From: Octopus sinensis
Lineage: Eukaryota
Length of the DNA: 64,000 bases
Reading direction: 5' to 3'
Assembly: GCF_006345805.1 (NCBI RefSeq)
Contig: NC_043010.1
Coordinates: forward strand, 59,458,001-59,522,000
Part shown: positions 58,836-64,000 of the stretch, in pieces
Position numbering within the stretch: the first letter of the stretch is position 1
Layout: each line of letters opens with the position of its first letter
The notes under the pieces: model-generated
Told to the model about the DNA's origin: nothing
The model's input: the letters and a program-made list of their open reading frames with translations, nothing else
Database searches by the model: none
Position numbers and translations under genes: made by a program

Positions 58836-61819
58836 GTAAGTTTATTGTTAAATATTATTTGTGCTATTCTGTGAAATAATGATTTCATATATAGCTCTAT
58901 TGTAACATCAAAAATGTAATATTTTGATGGTAGCCATATTAGATCTGTGTTAATTTTAATCCAATGGTGAAAATCTTTTCTAATATGGCTGTCATGCATT
59001 TAGTTAATTTTGAGAAACAGTTTGAGAAGGAAATGTATGTGCAGTTCTACTTTTATATAATGTATTGTGTTATTTGCTGTTATCTTTGATATATTCACAG
59101 TATTAATGTTGTTGTTTATTATATTTTAAAACTGTGCATCATTTTAGTTTTAGCTGTCCACTCAGTCAGCCATTGTTTGGTCTTACAGAAGCAAAGTAGT
59201 ATTAATCTGTGAGTTCATTACATACTTCTGTGTATAGATATATTGATGACTAGCTTCATGTTGAAATGTCTTAATAATTTGATTTCTATGAATTTTATAA
59301 ATGAGACCAAATTTACCAAATATGTACGAATTTTGAAGAGTTAAAGATTGTATTAAACTTACCTATTTAACTATCAAATAGACACATTTATGATATTTCT
59401 ATAATTTACATTGAAATTATTTAGATATCTTTTAACAGAAGAATGAGGAATCTGGCCTCAAGGCTACATGAAGAATAGTGATATAGTGGCCTTCTGTCTA
59501 TTATGAAGTCTTAATCATTTGCTTATTAGTTTTGTAGCACCAAGTGGTGTCTATGTATGAAAAATGTGAGGCTTTCATAATTAAAACCGTTTCAACATAT
59601 GTCTGATGGATAAGACCTGATATAGATCTAAATTTGATCGATCTTGTTGATGCTCTTTGTTTCTGTTCTAGGCTGTACTGCATATCAGGCTATCCTTGGA
59701 TGGATGGTTGTAGTAGTTCTTTAGGTTTTCTATGAGAAGATGTTGGTAGGCATTTGCTCAAATCTTTTCCATTTCTGGAGAATCAAATTCTGTGAATGGT
59801 CCATCATGATCCTTTATTCATGCAATGTAGCCAATTCTACAAGGAGAAGTGGTCTCAGTGCTTGACTGATATGTTATTGATTATAGAAGGATGAAAGGTA
59901 AAGGTAACTTTAGTGTGGTTTGAACTCATAAAGATCTGGGACAAATCCTGCAAAGCATTCTATCTAACACTTGAATAACTCAGTGTGTTTGTCACTTTTA
60001 ATAGATCTTAGATGACAAATATTCCTTCTGACAACCTAGTAAAAGTACCATTGGTAATGTTGTCAAATATTTGATTCTTATTTAAGAATTACTAATTACG
60101 AATTTATCATGGATTTGTTTCAGACTTATACATTTATTTGTATATGGTCCCCTTCTGTACAGTTTTTCTGTCAATTCATTTGTGGTGTCTCACTCATGCA
60201 TTACACATCCACCTCTTTTCTTTCTGATCTTTCCTCTGCATTTAATGCTTATGTTTTATTACTTGGCAATATCATACTTTGTACACAAGCAACATACAAT
60301 TTACCTTTTTCTCGGACAGAGAGACCCTTTGCTGCCTGAAAAGTTAATATCTCTGAACTTTTCTTGCACTCTGTTGTACCCTAGCTTCTATACTTTTGGA
60401 ACTTTTACCTTCATTGCTGATTAATTTGTCCAGGTAACAGAAGCCATTGGCTCCTTGTTGGGACTCTTCCAATCATTTGAACGATTTCTTTTCATGGATA
60501 TCATTACTACTAACTACTCTTGTGCATTTGCCATATACAGTCCTTCTCTGTTAAATTCTCTTTAATATCATTGACCTTGTGCATCCATAATTTACATTGG
60601 GTGTATAGTAAAGAATTGTAGCCTGGCCACTTTTCAGATGACAGTTGAGTTCTATATTTTTCCCTGCTAACTAGGATTTTTGTCTGTGTTAGTTTTATTT
60701 TCAAACCTCTTGAAACTAAGCTCTGCTTCTATGTTTGGAATTTCTCCTTGAATTTTTTGACTATTTCAGCTATGAGAAACTGTCCATACAGTTCCCAGAA
60801 GCATCCAGTTTTGAACCTTTTTATTATGACGTGAAGAACCCTAAGGAACTATAATAAGTCAGCAAACGAAATGTCATTAGTGTTTAATATGAATGCTTGT
60901 GAACTGTTTAATTCTCTTCTTAGTCACCATCTTGGTTATTATGCTATTTTCCACTTCATCTTTTCAAGAAGTTGCAGTTCTCATCACAGGAATTGATGTT
61001 CTTATCTTTCTGCTCTGCTCCTTCTCATGGCATGTTAAAATTAGCCATTACTCCAAGTATCTTAGAAACAATGAAACCCATTCACTCACTTTGTTAGCTA
61101 ACCACTCATACCACTGCCATGGAGATTCCCTGCTCCATTAGTGCTATGAAGATGGACTCGTTCCAATCATCTGCACCAGACTGTGGGGCAAACTTCAATA
61201 TTTTCCTACTAGTTGGTTGTTAAATACTTTACACCAAGAAACTAAGATGTGGATTTAACTCAGCTGCAAACAAGGTAACCCATTTAAACTCTAAATTAAA
61301 AATTCTGTAGGGGTGACATGGGTTTCACAAGCTGCACAGAAGGTAACCCTCTAGGATGGAGATAAGTTAGAATAATAATCTGAAGAGAGGAAATGTAAAC
61401 TCCATATCTGCAGCTAAAATGACTTGTCTCAGAGAAAGGCAACTCTGTATAAAAACTGATATGATGGAGACACTTCAGTCCTGTCAGAGAACCTCATTAG
61501 TGTGGCTGGCACAATATATTTCATTTGGTCCACACTCTAGTTGTTTGTGATAGGAAGGATAGCCATCTGTAAAAACATGATCATCAACCTAAATTCATAT
61601 ACATAGGGCTGAGACTTAATATGTTTATGCTGTGTATGGTAATAGGGTGGCCACATAGGAACATGCAGAAAATAGACACCAAAACAGCTAAAATACCAGC
61701 AGGTGAGTTTTTTGCTGTAAGTTCAATGAGGAATTTAGCAAAGTTTAGTGTCCTTTGGTTCCCTTAATCATAACAGAAGTGTTCAACATGAGTTGTCTGT
61801 AGGAATTGTTGCAAGACAA

Positions 61820-62310
61820 TGGCATAGTTGTTTTAGTTGAATCTGCCAAAGAATTACATAAAAAATTCATAATGCAGATGCAAAGTCTAGAATTATGAAG
61901 TTTTAAAGTAAATCTAGAAAAGACTAAGATTTTATTAACAGGAAACAGAACCATCTTGGAATTGGTCATATTCTCCATATACAGAAAAGGAGGATGCAGG
62001 AATGGTGTTATTTATGGGTGCACAAACGATGTATTGAGACAGCATCAGAGTTATAGAGTAGGACTCAGTATACAGCAGATGTATGGGAGTAGTTAGCGTT
62101 AAGAACAACCATAAAATATACTCTTTCAGATGGTTGGAGATTTTAGAAGTTGCTCATAGCTTTTGGTACCTAGATGACTTAACAAGCTGTGGAGGATCGT
62201 GTTCTGAAAGTATGGTAAGCCAGAGTAAGAATGGAATGAAAGAGATGGTGAGACACTGTGCTGGTGAAGGTTCTTCTAACCACACAAACCCGGGAAAGAT
62301 GAATGCAAAA
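61820..62310 (+). mobile_element. Highly degenerate RTE ORF2 C-terminal fragment
   Basis: LEVAHSFWYLDDLTSCGGSCSES resembles the RTE LEVV..FCYLGD.I...GG motif. Confidence 0.5.
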
Positions 62311-63314
62311 TGATGATGACAGTATAACTTAGGATTTGTTAAATATTATGTAGTGTATTTACTGGTGTGTAAGAAGTGGCTTTTTTCTTTCAGAAATTAC
62401 TATAGTTGTATCCTATGACTAATGAACCAAGGATACGGATGCGAGACTGAGCATCATAGCTGCAAAGTACGTTGCTTGGGTTAAACTAATGACATCAGTT
62501 ATTAGCTGTCAGGACACTGCAACTTAGGAAAATTCATAAATTTGCTAATGCTACACCTTATGTTTCATCCTGTGTACTAAGCTCTTATTACTGTCTTTCT
62601 TTACTTGACTTTTTACTGCTTTCTGTCCCCTCTTTTACTCTATTCTGATGCAATAAGCACATTATTTAAAAGTTTGAAAAATAATTTTACAAAGCCATAC
62701 TATTTCAATTGAATCATTTCTGTTCCAATAATTACCTGTTTTAGTATTTTCCATTAAAATCTTATAGAATTAATAGTTACAATCATTTGTTCCTACATAA
62801 AATACAAAACTTACATGTGGTTTGGTTAAAATTACTTGTAGAAATGCATCAAAATTTAGTAACTACTATCTTGTATGTAGTTACAATTTAGGTGATCTAT
62901 CTTAGTACTAGATATTAATGTGTTCACTTCAGAGAATTTATTGCCACTGCAATCTTAAGCATCATAATATATAAATAGTGCAGTTTTGAATCAGTTGGCC
63001 ATAATATGAATATCTAAGCTAAAATGAATGTGAAACAAAACGAAAAACAGACTTATAATAATATTGCATGATACTGTTAATTGGTCAGAAAAATCAAGTC
63101 CATACCTCATATTAATAATTGTGTTATACCTATGTTCTTTTCTAAGCGACTCTTACAATATGAACAATTTGATATTGTAGTATTTTGTTTTCATGAAAGG
63201 AAAGCAATTACTGAGTTTACTGCACTATATTCATTATTTCTTAATCTAAATAATTTTCTGTTTCAGATAAGAAGATATATTTCCCATTATCCCTGCATAC
63301 TGCCAAGGACAGAA

Positions 63315-64000
63315 ATGTTATTCCTATATGTTTTACTGTCTCTCTTTGACTGTTATTTAAGTGAAGATATCACATATCATGTTGAAGAAGAGAATAGCCC
63401 CTACCTATAGGGACATTGCTACTGACTTAAGAAATCAGACAGCTCCTTCTTAAAGAATAAGGATTTGATTACATTTAGTCAACTGCAACAAAAGGGAGAA
63501 CAGTTTTTTCAATGTGACTAAAACAGGTAAACTGTACACTGTTGAGACAATTGGATGCTGAGTCGTGTGTGGTTATGAGAAAATGTTTTGAAATCGTTAA
63601 AGTTGCTGTTTTCACATCCAAGACATTATGAAGATCTTAAAGATTAAAGTCATAATAGAAGACATCAATGACCACCAACCTGAGTTCCCCGAGAAAGAAA
63701 TCACCCTGCAATTTGAAGAAGAATATGGGAAAGGAAAACAAAATCCTGTACCTAACGCTATTGACAAAGATATAGGTTATCAAAACAGTTTAATTAGATA
63801 TGAGTTACATGGTCATACAAATCTTTTTTCATTATTTGTCTCTAAACAAGCTGATGGATTATCAACCTTAACAATTATTTTAGAAGAGAAATTAGACAGA
63901 GAAAAGAAGGACAATTACAATATTGAGGTCATCGCCAAAGATGGGGGAACTCCACCAAAACAATCTGTTTTAAATGTTAAAATATCTGTAAAAGATGAAA
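63315..64000 (+). pseudogene. Pcdh: Protocadherin gene C, 5' part (signal peptide, EC1, EC2), frameshifted in this sequence; pseudogene or assembly error
   Basis: High nucleotide similarity to gene A 9633-10325; about 8 small indels in 63400-63630, then an uninterrupted frame 63628-64000 (DINDHQPEFP..NAIDKD..LDRE..KDGG); acceptor at 63265-63266. Confidence 0.8.

Overview
AT-rich, repeat-dense eukaryotic DNA from a protocadherin (Pcdh) tandem cluster, most consistent with an octopod (coleoid cephalopod) genome; this is inferred from the Pcdh architecture and the SINE/LINE content. Three head-to-tail Pcdh paralogs lie on the + strand. Gene A: large ectodomain/TM exon 9633-11899 with one -1 frameshift at ~10092, plus predicted cytoplasmic exons 16927-17071 and 17878-18005. 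Gene B: intact exon 51112-53472, a possible 6-nt microexon 53552-53557, and exons 55364-55517 and 57780-57901. Gene C: starts at 63315, runs off the window, and has a dense indel cluster in EC1. The rest is transposon debris: CR1-, RTE-, L1/Tx1-, R4/RLE- and Penelope-type retroelements, tRNA-derived SINEs, mariner/Tc1 fossils, Helitrons, Merlin-like MITEs, a solo LTR and microsatellites. Most notable observations: (1) A and B share a 955-bp, ~97-98% identical, indel-free EC4-EC6 tract while EC1-EC3 diverge, and A shares EC1 with C, so the ectodomains are modular mosaics; (2) the tract starts at a non-canonical, probably Ca2+-deficient EC3-EC4 linker; (3) the private cytoplasmic exons carry Src-family SH2 (YEEI/YEEL) and SH3 (RxLPxxP) ligand motifs; (4) an antisense solo LTR with ETS/NRF1-like motifs sits just downstream of gene A's ectodomain exon. 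All alignments and counts were done by eye; no database searches were run.
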